From NCBI GenBank assembly GCA_030390025.1, contig CM059433.1, positions 14,572,001 to 14,636,000 on the forward strand: a DNA stretch of 64,000 bases, given 5' to 3'. The DNA is from Squalus acanthias. Its lineage: Eukaryota. Position numbers and translations under genes: made by a program. Positions 37,307 to 50,289 of the stretch are shown one piece after another (position 1 is the stretch's first letter; every line of letters starts with the position of its first letter). The notes under the pieces are model-generated. The model worked only from the letters and a program-made list of their open reading frames with translations. It was not told where the DNA came from and made no database searches.

Positions 37307-37694
37307 TATAATATTATAAATAAAGCATAATTATATTGGCAGTACATGTCTTTCTGCTTGACAGTAAGATCATCATAAATCATCCACGATGTAGTTCTTG
37401 TAATTAATGGTCTTTCCTATTTGTGGTAGAACTCCTCGAATGCACCATCACCTGTTCAATAGCGTGTAACTATCTAATACTGGTTCACAAGTATATTTAG
37501 TCCCATTTGAGACAACAATTGAAAAACCAAGATTTGTTGCATCTTTTATGGGGTAACATAAGGATCCTGTTGTATCCCTCTTCTTGGTGTTGTTGTCAGA
37601 CTAAACTCACTCTTTTTAAACGTCTTTAAGAATAGATGCAACTGGTGAGCTAGTTTGGAAATTGATATTTACAGGAGTTTATTAGGGACTTTAG

Positions 37695-38590
37695 TTTAAA
37701 TGGGATAGAGGAGCAAAGGGATCTAGGGGTACAGATCCACAAATCACTAAAAGTAGCGACACGGGTTAATAAGGCCAGAAGAAAAGTAAACAAAGCACTG
37801 GGGTTCATTTCTAGAGGGAGAGAATTGAAAAGCAGAGAAGCTATGTTAAACTAATATCAAGCCTCGGTTAGACCACTCTTAGCGCACTGTGCATAGTTCT
37901 GGTCTCCAAGTTATAAAAAGGGTATAGATGCACTAGAGAAGGTGCAAAAAAGATTCATGGGGGATGATACCAGAACTGAGAGAATATGCTCATCAGGAAA
38001 GGATGAACAGGCTGGGGCTCTTTTCTCTAGAAAAGAGAAGGCTGAGGGTTGAAGTAGAGAAGATGTTGTGGGGAAGGCCAAAACTAGGGGGTTAAAAATA
38101 AGATAGTCACCAATAAATCAAATAAGAAATTCAGGAGAAATTTCTTTACCCAGAGAGTGGTGAGAGTGTGGAACTCGCTACCACATGGAGTAGTTGAGGT
38201 GAATAGCACAGTTGCATTTAAGAGGAAGCTAGATAAGCACTTGAGGGAGAAAGAAATAGAAGGATATAGAGGCTCGTGTGGAGCATAAATGCTGGCCTGG
38301 ACTGGTTGGGCCGAATGGCCTGTTTCTGTGCCATATATCCAATATAATCCTATGTGATATGCTGATAGTGTTAGATGAATAGGGGTGGGAGGTGGTTCGT
38401 GTGGAGCACAAACGTTGGCATGGACTGGTTGGGCCGAATGGCCTGTTTCTGTGCCATATATCCAATATAATCCTATGTGAGATGCTGATAGTGTTAGATG
38501 AAGAGGGTTGGGAGGAGGCTCGTGTGGAGCATAAAGGTCGGCATGGACCAGTTGGGCCGAATAGCTTGTTTCTGTGCTGTAGGCTCTATG
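37695..38590 (+). mobile_element. CR1 3' fragment whose 3' UTR is tandemly repeated about three times (~122-bp unit)
   Basis: RDLGV and VWNSLP remnants. cgtgtggagca..ttgggccgaat recurs at ~38275, ~38398 and ~38521. Confidence 0.88.
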
Positions 38591-38619
38591 CATCTCCGAG
38601 AACCAATTTGTTAACATAT

Positions 38620-39343
38620 GCATCGGGTTGCGCTGGTATTTCCACGCTATTCGCCCGAAATCGGACAAACCAGTGCAAAAGATCGAGGAACTTCAAGCAC
38701 AAATTACGTCCAGCGCAACTCGAGTTTCCGCGATCTTTTGCGCCGGTTTAAAAAACATCGCGCTGGAAGCCGGCCCCGCCCACAAAACTGGTCATGCCCC
38801 CCAGATCGAATTAATCGCCATGGTGAGTTTCCGCTAATTGCGTCCGTTTATGGCCCTTCGAGGAGGCTCTTAAAAGTAAGCTTTTTTTATGCAAAGGCAT
38901 TAACAGGCACGTTTTCAATATTAAAAAAAATATTAAATTGACTAAGAAACTGACTACTGTACACCAAAGAAACTAGTAAATGATTCTGCATATTGTTTTT
39001 TAAAGTCATTTTCAGTGATTCAATGTCGGGTTACTCACAGGTGGTGGACTAGCCACTCGGAGTAAAAAGGCTTATTTTTGGCGATAAACCCATTTTCGGC
39101 TGTATTAATCAAACTGCACCAGGTTACCACTCTTAAATATATCAAGGAATATTTCTTAATGCAAGGGAAAGAAAATAAACAATTACGTTATAAAACGCTG
39201 GCCATTTGCGCTGGTTCATAGAAGATTTTACACTCGTGATTATGCAAATGAGTTTGAGCGGAGACTTGAACCATAACTTCATTTCAATAAAGTAGTGCAA
39301 TCTAGGCCTGGATTGCTGATTGCGCCAAAAGCGGAAACTCTAG
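38620..39343. mobile_element. Non-autonomous TIR element, relative of 1300-2014
   Basis: Collinear similarity over about 700 bp. Confidence 0.75.
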
Positions 39344-40859
39344 TGTTTATTTCTCTGGTCCAATTAAGCTTCTAGTCAAAAGTGACCACCAAGGTGTTGA
39401 TGGTGGGAGATTCAGCAATGGGGATGCTGTTCAAGGCCATGGGAGGGATGGTTGGGCTTGCTCTTGTGGCTGCTTCATTATCAGAGGAGTTGTGAATGGA
39501 GCTAAACTTTGTGGAATTGTCAATGAACAGCTTCATTCCTGATCTTTCAGTGGAGGGAAAGTCATTGATGAAGCAACTGATTAAGATTGGTCCAAGGACA
39601 ATTAATTACACCATAAAATGCACACATGACATGCTGGAAAATGTACATTTGGCTAAGTTCCATATCAATGTACCTGCAGCTCTTTTTGAGTCTTGCACTG
39701 TCTTTTAAGGAATTTTGTTAGATATTTTTTTCTAATATTACATTGGCAAATTGTGCATATATATAAATTAGTCATTTCAGCACAGGTCTTAGTCCTACAC
39801 TCCTATTCAAAAATAACTAGTTTTAAAGTATTTTTGCAAAATATAAATTGCTGCTGAACTTCCTTTCCTTGCCAGTTTCCAAAAATGGATGCTGGATACC
39901 AATGATACAGAATATACACCAGAGTGCACTGCTGGCCTCTCAGCTTTACTCTGTTGAGAACTGCCTTCTACACTGGCTTTGGGGCTTTACTATGTTCTCC
40001 TCCTTTGCTGCCACTTCCTACTGAAACTATATTCTCTGCTGGACTGCTCCTATTCCACTATCTGGTCTTCTTTTACAGGCTCGGTTTTCCGCCCCTCCGC
40101 TGGGAATGTTTCGTTCTATGCTGAGCTAGTTCCGATCTGTCCCCTTCCTGTTCTGGATTCTGTTCCCTTGCTCCTTAGATGAACTCTGCTTGACTGCTTT
40201 CTAGTTTGCCACCGTGGCTGCTGACCTCCAGTGACCTTTCAGTACTCCTCCATCACCCTTCACGGGGCTGCCTTGGACCAGCTTTTCAAGCTCCTATTTC
40301 TACACCTGATCTTATGTTTTTCTCCTTCGCTCCTTACAGCTGTTCCTCAGACCAGCTCCCTCATCTGCACTAATCTCATGGGTTTACCTTTCACCCTCCC
40401 ATGGCTCCCTGTACTTGGTTGATCTTGGTTCTTGGATTTCATTCCCACTGTTCCTTGCTCCTCTGCTGGTATATCGGATCCACGGGGAACACTACCATCA
40501 CCTGAGGCCACTAGACAACTCCACTGGACTCGTAGATAAACCTCAATTGGCTCATGGTCAACTCTCCATTCCTTGGCCCTCTGTTTTCACTAGACAATCA
40601 CCAGCAGCCCACTCCCTATCCACAACTATCTCTGAACTTGAACATCGATTTGTTGATGCTCCAAACTAATTCCTCCCCGTCTTCAATTCAACACCATTCC
40701 ACCACTCCTTCTCACCCTCTGTTTATGACCAGGGCATGTCTCTCCTGACTTCTGTCAGATCTATGTAACCTGAATTCCTTCTATAGCCATTCACATACGC
40801 ATTTTGGCTACAACTCCAGATCGCGCTCATTACTACCATCTCACATTTTATTTTTTTGG

Positions 40860-42210
40860 CTCCTCTTGTGCTCTTCTCTCCTGCCTCCTCACCTTCCTGT
40901 AATTTCTACTTCCTTGGGTACATTTCCCTCTGTCTCTACCCCAACATATCACTACTACTCTCTGCCTTCCTACTTTCATGCCCCCGCCCCCCCCCCCCCC
41001 CCCCCCACCCACCCCGCCCCAAGCTTGAATCCCCCTGGGAAAAACCCACAGGTATTCTCTTGTGCCTCTCTCGGTAATCTCTGATGGGCCCATAGAGGAA
41101 CCATTTGTTGCCTCCTTACGATTAGCAACTCCGACTGCCCTATCCTCCTCTCTCGCTGGCCTTCCTGTCCAGTACATCAACGGGGGCTGTTCTCACCAAC
41201 CTTATTCCGATCCCATTCACCCCAACCACTATGACCTAGGACTTTGCCAGCAGATTAACAATCACCGTCCCTCTTCGCATCTCTCGAACAAGGTCCTTAC
41301 CATCCATGAGCTTATTATTGATGATTGCATTAACATCATGTCCTTGACTGAAACTTGGCTCATGGGTGACAGCACTTTGACCCTTACCGAAGCCTCCCCA
41401 CCTGGCTATACTTTCCACCACCAGCCATGCCTAAACTGCCACGGTTCCAGTGTGTTTCTTATCATCAAATCACACCTTGGCCTCTTCCCCTACTCTTCTG
41501 GCAGCTTCTCCTCCTTCCTAGCACCTCACCTTGTTCCACCTCTCTCGCCTCTCCTTAAAAAAATCCTTAAGCACTACCATGCCTCTCCAAAGCTTCTCCC
41601 AGAGATGTCCTCCCTATTTTCCTGCCTCAGACTCTGCAGTGAGTGATTCCTCATCCTTGGGATTTTTAACTCCATCTTAACTCACCTTCTGCAACTCCCC
41701 TGATTTCACTACCCTTCCTAAACCTCCCCCTCCATATGAATTTTCCTATCCATATTCACAGATACCCAATCAACTTTGCCATCTCAGCTGGCTTCTCTAC
41801 TCCCATGGTCTCAATTACAGACAAGACTTCCTGGTGTTGCTTACCACCCACATCCCCCTAACCTCTTTCAACCCTGCTTCTCCCAAATCCACTTCTTCAA
41901 AACTCTCTCCTAAGTCACTTACAACTGCACTTTCAAAATCCTAACTCTCTACCCTTTGGCCTTCCATTCACCACATTACTTCTGTAGCTATCGATCTGAT
42001 CAACCATACCCTCACCTATATCTTTGATGCCTCATTCCCTAGTAAAACTGTAACTCTGTCGCATCCTGGTTGTTCCCCAGTATGCCACCACCAACCCCCC
42101 CATTTTTACTCCCTCAAATCCCAAAGGTGCATTCTTGAACATATCTGGTGCACAACTGCTTTAGCCATCCATCACCAGATCTGACTGGACCTACATCACA
42201 GGTCCTCATA
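40860..42210 (+). mobile_element. Decayed L2 LINE (5' part and endonuclease region)
   Basis: KVLTIHELIIDDCINIMSLTETWL..EASPPGYTF in a pyrimidine-rich plus strand. Confidence 0.8.
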
Positions 42211-42393
42211 AGAAAAAAGCAGGGTTGAAAGAGGTTAGGGGGATGTGGGTGGTAAGCAACACCAGGAAGTCTTGTCTGTAATTGAGACCATGGGAGTAGA
42301 GAAGCCAGCTGAGATGGCAAAGTTGATTGGGTATCTGTGAATACGGATAGGAGAATTCATATGGAGGGGGAGGTTTAGGAAGGGCAGTGAAAT
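41703..42393. repeat. 177-bp inverted duplication (41703-41879 / 42217-42393)
   Basis: Arms are reverse complements with about 3 mismatches, separated by ~337 bp. Confidence 0.93.
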
Positions 42394-42929
42394 AAGTCAC
42401 CTTCAAAATAAGTTTATTTTTCAAAATCTTTAGTCTATTTTTACATACAAAACACAAAAGCAGCTCTTCTGAATGGCTAACTCTTTTATGAGCCCTGCAG
42501 CCTGACAATATCTAGGCAAGAAGCAATCTCGACACTGGAAAAAAAAACTAGATACTGACCTAAGTAAGAACAAAATCTTCTCGGATAAGTACCGACATGA
42601 ATCATCAAATCTCTGTGAAACATGATGATTTCAGTTTTATTGAACCCATGGAAAAGTCTCCTGTGCAATGCAGCGTTCAAGGTAGAATAATGTAGATAAT
42701 GATGCTAGACTGATAGCATCAAGATTTGCTCGACTACTTGAGGATGACAGGGAGATATTTCACAGAGCTTTATTTTCTTAGACAGTTCCTCATGGTTGGT
42801 CACTTTCCTCATGCAATCAAGTAAATTGGGTAAAGTCTATGATAGAGCAGATTGTGGCCGAGGGAAAGCATGACCTTGATGGCGTACCATTCCATCATTT
42901 TCAAGTCCTTCATTTGTAAAGGGGTGGGG

Positions 42930-43080
42930 GGGGGGTGAAATTAATCTTCGGTGCAAAGCGGCATTAGCAAATCGATAGTGAATTGAAACCAATGGGAAAG
43001 GAATAGGGAGGGAGTGTAAAACAAGCTGACGATTTGTTATTGCCTGTTTTGTGCTACCGCTGATAACCAATTTTGCCCCC
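42930..43080. mobile_element. Small degenerate foldback MITE
   Basis: Ends gggggtgaaatt / aattttgccccc. Confidence 0.5.
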
Positions 43081-45313
43081 TATACGTCTCTCTACAAATT
43101 GAGGACCTGAAGATGAGAGAAATAATTAGGCATCTGACTGGAACAAACTAGTGTCAAAATTATCATTCTTTTTCTAAACTAACGTGTGAATCAGATGCAT
43201 TGTTTTCCACATTTGTACATGTCCCTAACAGCACATTCTAAACTTCTGTCTTTAAAGAGCACTAGTTTCTCTGCTAGGTAAAGTTCTGCTCTAAAGTTCT
43301 CAGTGTATAAGCACTGCAAAACGGCGGCAAATATATACTTCAAGTTAGTCTTCATGAATGACCAGCCTGTCCATATTGATTTTAAGTTGTGACCTTTTGC
43401 AATTATCCTTGAAAAGGCTTTAATTGCCAGTCCCCGAGTTAGAATTAAACATAAGGCTAAAAATATATAAAATTTAATATCACAGCTCTTGCACATTGTT
43501 CAAGGCCAGAACTATCCTCAAACAAACTATAGCCAGAAGTGAAGTCAAACTATGTCGTAAGGTGAAGATATCCCAGATATTTTATTTTGCCTGATGGAAA
43601 AACTGTCTTATTTTTAAACCTTACAAAAAAAAAACCTGGCAGAATCTATGTTTAAATTTGCATTAAACAGTTCTTCTTTGAATATTAAGCAGAATACAAG
43701 CTCTTCGAGTCTGCTAAATGAGCACGAGCATGGTCCCAACACATCTATTATACATTATAGAGCCAAACCACTGGTGGTGCGTCTGATACTTTTAATGTGT
43801 CCAATAAAATTTTGCGCTCTCTCATTTACTTTATTTCAAAATCAGAAAAGAAAGACATGAGGGGTATGACTTGGAATTTGCTAAATTTCATAGAAAGTAA
43901 GAATCAAAGCAAGGATTAATCGCACTTGAGATTTGTGCTGCAGGAAAGCAATTGCAGCAATATGGAGTGAAACAGCATGTGCTACGTCACTATCAACACC
44001 CAAAGGAATACTTGATAATTACAGCACCCTGAGTACACTCCTTCCAATCAGTATTCATTGTCACATTGCAAGTTTCCCTAAATATTGACCAACAAGACTG
44101 ACTACGACATTACACTACCACAAAGCGCATTTTGTCCCCCCCGTGTGGGGAAAAAAACCTAAACATAAATATATATTCATATGATAAATACATTTAGGCA
44201 CGTCATCTGATTATTTTACAAGGGCACGTTGAAAGTGAAAGGGAGCAGAGAGCTTGCAAAATCTGTGCCTTTGTTCTACCAATGTGTGCCTTGTAATTCC
44301 GTGGCGTTTTAGAAAACTAACAAAAGTCGACGAACAGCTTCAAAACACTGGGACAGCCTCAAAACTCTGGCAACTCAAAAGCAGCCCTGAATATAGGTCC
44401 GTGACCAAAACTAATGCTTTATGGTGACCGAGTTAAGTTAAATTTCTTTTTTATTACATGTGGATTCCAGTGTTTTGGGGATCAAGCTGGTGGCATTGGG
44501 CCTCGGAAGGTTCCACTGCTCGTCTCTCCAGTATATTTTACAGGATTTTTTTTTTTTGCAGCACATCTCTCTCGCTGAAGGTTTGATGTACTTACGAGCT
44601 GCCGGGTGCCTTTTCATGATGTCAGAGTTGCACCCACCTGACCATACGGCTGCACGTGCCCAAAGATTCCTTGGATATGCAGAGGAGATTCGTACTAAAG
44701 CTTTCTGGGACAATCTCAAAGCATTAGCATGGCAGTGTGGGACGCTTATAATCCTGTGAGGACTTTGGTCAACAAACATTGAGTGAGAGGCCCAACACAT
44801 GAAATGTTGATGGTTGGCATGTATGGATGCACAGGTTATTCAATGTCCTGTGTGTATGTCAGCACAGAAATCCTGAAAACTGAAATGGAGTTTTGAGACT
44901 GAGGTAGAGTGGACTTTATGTGGAAAGGCAATAATACCTTTTATATAACCCACATCTTTGCAGTTACTAGCATACTGCATGTGTATGTGTGGAAAAGAGA
45001 GAGATAAAAAGAGTGAGAGAAAATTCATGATCTGAAAGGAATATGTTACCAGACAGTGACTATTCCAGTGGGAAAATCCAATGCATTCTATTGCACTCTC
45101 CTCCTGCATATGTGATGCTTGATGAGTGCTTTGATTGCAATATTTGCATTACCCTCTTGTCATGTGATGCAAATGAAGACTTGGTGGGGGGAGGATAGAG
45201 GCACAAGATGAGTCAGTGTGTGGCCAAAGTGCCCCCACATTTACAGCTTGTGTATGTTGTGAACAGGGATAACATGTACTGTCCTCTTTATACAGTTACA
45301 AATACTAATGTAC

Positions 45314-45535
45314 CTGCTGCTGTGGAGTGCCTTGATCATGAGTCAGCGTGGGAGCCACCTGATTATGTGGCTACGTATACGGACAAGTTCCACGCAGTTA
45401 CAGAGCAGCATTTCGGGTCAACCTTGGATCTGCAGCAAGACAGTGCAGAAAGTTTATATCCAGCGCTGATTTCTGTCAGTAACTGTCGACAAATGAGCAT
45501 AACTTGTGGAATGTTGACGTTTTGCATGTACGTAA
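45314..45535 (-). promoter_or_regulatory. Candidate minus-strand promoter and first non-coding exon
   Basis: TATAAA (45453-45458, minus), ACATTCCA M-CAT (45507-45514), half-CRE (45515-45520), TGACTCA (~45339-45345) and donor CAG|GTACAT at 45314/45313, all in repeat-poor DNA. Confidence 0.3.
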
Positions 45536-47080
45536 CTGAATAAAATGGTACAAATTTGTGGATGGTTTGAACCAAGATGCACAGCCACAACAGTATGGAC
45601 CAGCAACAGAAGTTAATTTTAGTTCAGTTTGATACAACACATATCCTTTGAAGCTAATGCCAGAACTGTGTCCTGTGGGTTCTTCAATGCAATTCTCTCT
45701 GATGATACCTCTAACTGCAAGCTCCTTAATGTCTCACATACTGCTAGTCACACTGGCAATCCCTTACACACAGCTTGCCTCATTCACAATCACAATCTGT
45801 TAATACCATGCCTTCTGCCAAACCAGCCACATTCTCATACGCTTCAGGTCATTCAGAAAACAAGATGATGGTGTAAAGCCAATAGGACAGGATACGCCCA
45901 AGATTGAATGGAGTTTTAAAAAGAGAGCTAAATCAGGAAGTCGTACTTATGTGATGTCAAGCAAGGGTTTTAAAACATTGAAAATTATTGGATGAAGAAA
46001 AAAAGAGAGACAGCTAAGGAGTTCCACAGTTGTAAGGTGCAAGGAAAGCACGGATTAGAATAGGAGACTATTTCAACACCGAGAACCAGAAGAGTGCGTA
46101 GAATGATAAATGTGGAGCTTCAACAGAATATGTGTGAAGAAAGTTGAGGTCTATAAAATAGAGAAAGGCAAGAAAAGTGAGAGAGAAAGAGGTTGGAGAT
46201 TAGTGGTGAGAGATAGATAGCCTATCAATGACAAGCATTTTCTATTCAACACTGAGGGTGGGCAACTTGGAGAAAGTTGATCAAGGTAGGGTTGAATAAT
46301 CAGCAAATGCTTATATTTATATAGCAACCTTATCGCAGGCAAATGTCCCAAGGTGCTTCACAGGACTGTAATCAGACAGAAATTGACACAGAACCAGAGA
46401 ATGAGATACTAGGAAAGGTGACTAAGAGCTTGGTTAAAGAGGTAGGTTTTAAGGAGGAGAGAGGGCGGGGGGGGGGGGGGGGGTGGGAGAGAGGCTAAGG
46501 AAGGGAATTCCAGAGATGAGGGCATAGATGGCTGCTAATGGTGGGGCAAAGAGAGTGAGGGATGAGTACAAGGCCAGAGTTGGAGGAACATAGGGATCTC
46601 GGAGGGCTGTAGGGTTGGAGGAGGTAACAGAGATAAGGAGGGGCAAGGCCATGGAGGGATTTGAACATGAGGATGAGAATTTAAAATTAGAGGCATTGGT
46701 GGACCAGGAGCCGATGTAGATCAGCAAGCACAGGGGCGATGGGTGAACAGGGCTTGATGCGAATTAGGATACGGGCAGCAGAATTTTGGATTAGCTTAAG
46801 TTTATGGAGGGTGGAAGATGGGAGGCTGATCAGGAGAGCATGGGAATAGTCAAGTCTGGAGATAACAAAAACATGGATGAGGGTTTCAGCAGCAGATGAG
46901 CTGAGGGAGGGCTGGAGATGGGCGATGTAACAGCGGTGGAATTAGGTGGTCTTTGTGATGTAAAGGATATGCGGTTGGATGCTCAGTTCAGGATTAATTA
47001 GGACATCAAGGTTGCAAATAGTTTGGTTCAGCCTGAGATAGTGGCGAGGGAAGGCAAGGGATCAATGGCAAGGAAACAGA

Positions 47081-49293
47081 GCCTGGGATTTTGCTCACCT
47101 CGGCGGGCGACATTGGTGGCGGGTCCCGCTCCCGCTGTTGGCTCCATCCCGCTCTGTGGAATTAATTTACGTTGATGGGGCTTGTAAAGCCCGCCCAGCG
47201 CGTTTCCCGGCCAATTAGAGGAACCGGGTCTGATGACGTCATTTGATGACGCGTCATCAGCCGGTTTCCTTAAAGGGACCGTGCCCAAATTTATTTTGAC
47301 AGTTGTGCTGTCAGTGTTCTACAGCATTGAGGTGCTGCAAACACTGACAATGACTGCATAGAGGCAAAGGGCTGCACCCACGCTCTCCCATGACTCCCTC
47401 CAGATGCTTATGAAGGGAGTCACAGCATGCAGGGAGGTCCTCTTCCCTTCCCATGGGCAGAGGCGACCTCCCCAGGAGATCAACACAGCCTGGTTGCACA
47501 TTGCAGAGGAGGGCACAAGCGGGGATGTAGTCAGAAAGACCTTGGTACAGTGCCACAAACGTTTGAATGATCTCATTAGATCACAAAACGTTAGTACAAC
47601 GCCACACTCAACCTCATCACATCCCCATCACTCCACCTTCCCTATCCTACTCCTGCACATCCTTACTCACACCAACTTACCTTGGACCTCCACCCATCCC
47701 TCTCTATCTATATTATCACATCCCCATCTCACTAGCCACCCATCACACTCACCCTCATCCTAGTGCAACCACACAACTAACAACACACAATGGTAGCCAC
47801 TTGGGTGTTTTATGCAATGTTCATGTAAAGTTTCTGTTAATGTGCTGGCAAACATTGAAACCTTTATTTTCAACACTTTGCGCTCTTGGACAGATTTGTG
47901 TGCACCTTTGGAAGAGGCTTAGTGAGTTGCAATGAATGGCGAGACATAATGGTACCAGAGAAGGTTGGTGGTGTTGTTGTTGGTGCTGCTGGTGTGCCTG
48001 GTGCTGCTAGTGTTGGGGCTGATCGTGGTGGGATTCTGAGGACCAAGGGGTGAGAGTATAAAGGGCACCCATGTTGATGGAATAGATGGCAGGTGAAGTT
48101 GAGATGACAGAAGCGATTTGTCAATAGTGAGAGAGGTTGTTCCAATGAGGTGACTCTGGATAGAGAGTTTGCTCTAAACACTTGCAACCTGCATAAAGCT
48201 CAATCTGTCTTCCAAATGCAGTAAGCAACAGCTTCTAAACTTGGAAAGTGAACAGCTGTGAGATGGGAGCTTTTATAGCACATTTCAAGCTGTCAAGTAA
48301 TCAGAGATGATCAATGGCCATTCATCTCCCGCCTCAGCTTATCAGATGTGATCCCCGAGCAGCGAGGACCCCATGGACGAGCACGTAAAGTCAAAAGGTA
48401 AACTAAAATGTATTCTTAATGATGTCTAAACAAGGTCATAATGAGCTTAATTAGATCCCCCACTGCTGCATGCCGAGTCAACCTTCTCTGCAATCACCTG
48501 ATGCTGCACAGGACACAGGGCATCAGCACCCGACCAGCAACACGGTGGCATAGTGGTTAGCACTGGTGCCTCACAGCGCCAGAGACCCAGGTTCGAATCT
48601 GACCTCGGGTCACTGTCTGTGTGGAGTTTGCACATTCTCCCCGTGTCTGCGTGGGTTTCCTCCGGGTGCTCCGGTTTCCTCCCACAGTCCAAAAATGTGT
48701 GGGTTAGGTTGATTTGGCTATGATAAATTGACCCTTAGTGTTAGGGGGGATTAAATATGTGGGGTTATGGGGATAGGATGGGATATGTTAGGGGGAATTA
48801 AATACGTGGGGTTACGGGGATAGGGTAGGATATGTGTACTGTGGGGATTAAAGCAGGGACAGGGTACTGGATTTGGATGATCAGCCATGATCGTATTGAA
48901 TGGCGGAGCAGGCTCGACGGGCCGAATGGCCTACTCCTGCTCCTAGATTCTATGTTTCTATGTTTCTATATTGCTGCCCGGAAGGCCAGGAATGCCCTCA
49001 CCATGGCCAGATTTACTTCACTTGATGCTGTACACCCTGGCTGCCACATGATGAACCAGGTTGGCACCACCCCACACCAACACCATAAAGCATCCCTATA
49101 ATGCCCAAGCCATTCCTTTCACACACTTCACCATTGTCGGGGGTACCGTTATGTCTCGCTCATTAAGCTCATTATGTCTAATTAAGCTCATTATATCTAA
49201 TTAAGCGGGGTCCCAACCCGCTGTGAAATAAAAACACTTTCACACCTGACCCACCACCAATCCTGCCCGCTGACCCCTTAGAAAATTACAACC
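47081..49293 (+). mobile_element. Harbinger-derived family B element with a Myb/SANT-like exon remnant (~47360-47595), inserted in L2
   Basis: AGA TSD (47078-47080, 49294-49296) and degenerate TIRs. Reads REVLFPSHGQRRPPQEINTAWLHIAEE..KTLVQCHKRLNDL. Confidence 0.82.
48537..48969 (+). mobile_element. HE1-like V-SINE nested in the family B element
   Basis: A box ggtggcatagtgg, B box ggttcgaatct, V-domain and CR1-type tail. The flanks are contiguous in the copy at ~27100-27140. Confidence 0.93.
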
Positions 49294-50170
49294 AGAGTTA
49301 GTAACAAAAGATATGGGCTAAGGCGGGGGAACCTTGGGGGAAGTTTTGCTTGGTAGGCAAGGGGAAAGGAGGAATGCAGCAAAGGCAACTGAATGGATGG
49401 TCTCAATCTTAATGACAAAGAATGCCAGGAGCAAAGATGGGAGCTATACCAGAAGGAACTACCAGAGTGGGATTGAGTAAGGGTTTTACTGGGGACAAGG
49501 GCATCAAAGGCAGAGGTGAGGGAGTGATTGAGCAGATCGACAGCTGCAGAAGTATTGGGGCAAATGAAAGGCCAAAGACTAGACAGCTGGGAGTTTCAAA
49601 ATGCTGTTGTAAGTGACTTTTTTTTTTCAAGAGGAGAACGTAGAAGAAATTGGGGTTGGAAGGGCAATGTGAGTGGCGTGGGATACAAGGAACTGATTAG
49701 AGATGGTGTTGTCGGTGATGGAGACAGTGGGAATAGAGACACCTAGTGAGATGGCGAGGTCAAATGGGATAGTTATGAATATGGGTAGGAGAGTTTATAC
49801 AGAGGGAAAGGTTACTGGAGGGCACGAGGGCAGTGAACTCAAAGGAGAGAGGGAAAGGTGAGTTAAGATGGAGGTTAAAATCACTGAGGATGAAGAGTCT
49901 CTCAGTATAGAGGCTAAAGGAGGAAAGGAGTGAGGATACTTTCTTGAGAAACATGGGGTGGAGCCTGGGTGTGTGGTAGAGAATGAGTATTTTAAAGGAG
50001 AGGTGAGCGGGGTGGAACAAGGCGATGTGCTCAAAGGAGAAGGCACCAGAGGAGTAGGTGGAGAGATCAAGGTGAGATTTGGATGATACGGGCCACAGTT
50101 TGGGTGAGGCAGGTGGTAAAAGGTATAGCCAGGTGGGATAATTTCAATATAAGGGGGAAAGTGTCGTCAC

Positions 50171-50289
50171 CACAGTGCCACGTAATTTTTTTTGGGTGCG
50201 TGGCCCCTTCAGTTTTGGGCTTGCGCAAACTCTAACATTGGAAAAGCCGGTCCCGGGCTGCGCTGGACCGGCAGAGATAGGCAACTTTG
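50171..50289. mobile_element. 119-bp hAT-like MITE in L2
   Basis: 8-bp TSD gtcgtcac (50163-50170) / gtcatcac (50290-50297). Ends cacagtgcc / ggcaactttg. Confidence 0.65.

Noticed and set aside
42597..42681. Plus-strand ATG exon candidate MNHQISVKHDDFSFIEPMEKSPVQCSVQ
   Set aside because: Weak donor (gtagaa), no recognised homology and no downstream exon found.
47404..47763. Possible host NAIF1/MSANTD gene
   Set aside because: Multi-copy, bounded by TIR and TSD, and degenerate, so it is transposon-borne.
48537..48610. tRNA-like A and B boxes (also ~2230, ~29033, ~34968)
   Set aside because: These are SINE heads followed by SINE bodies, not tRNA genes.
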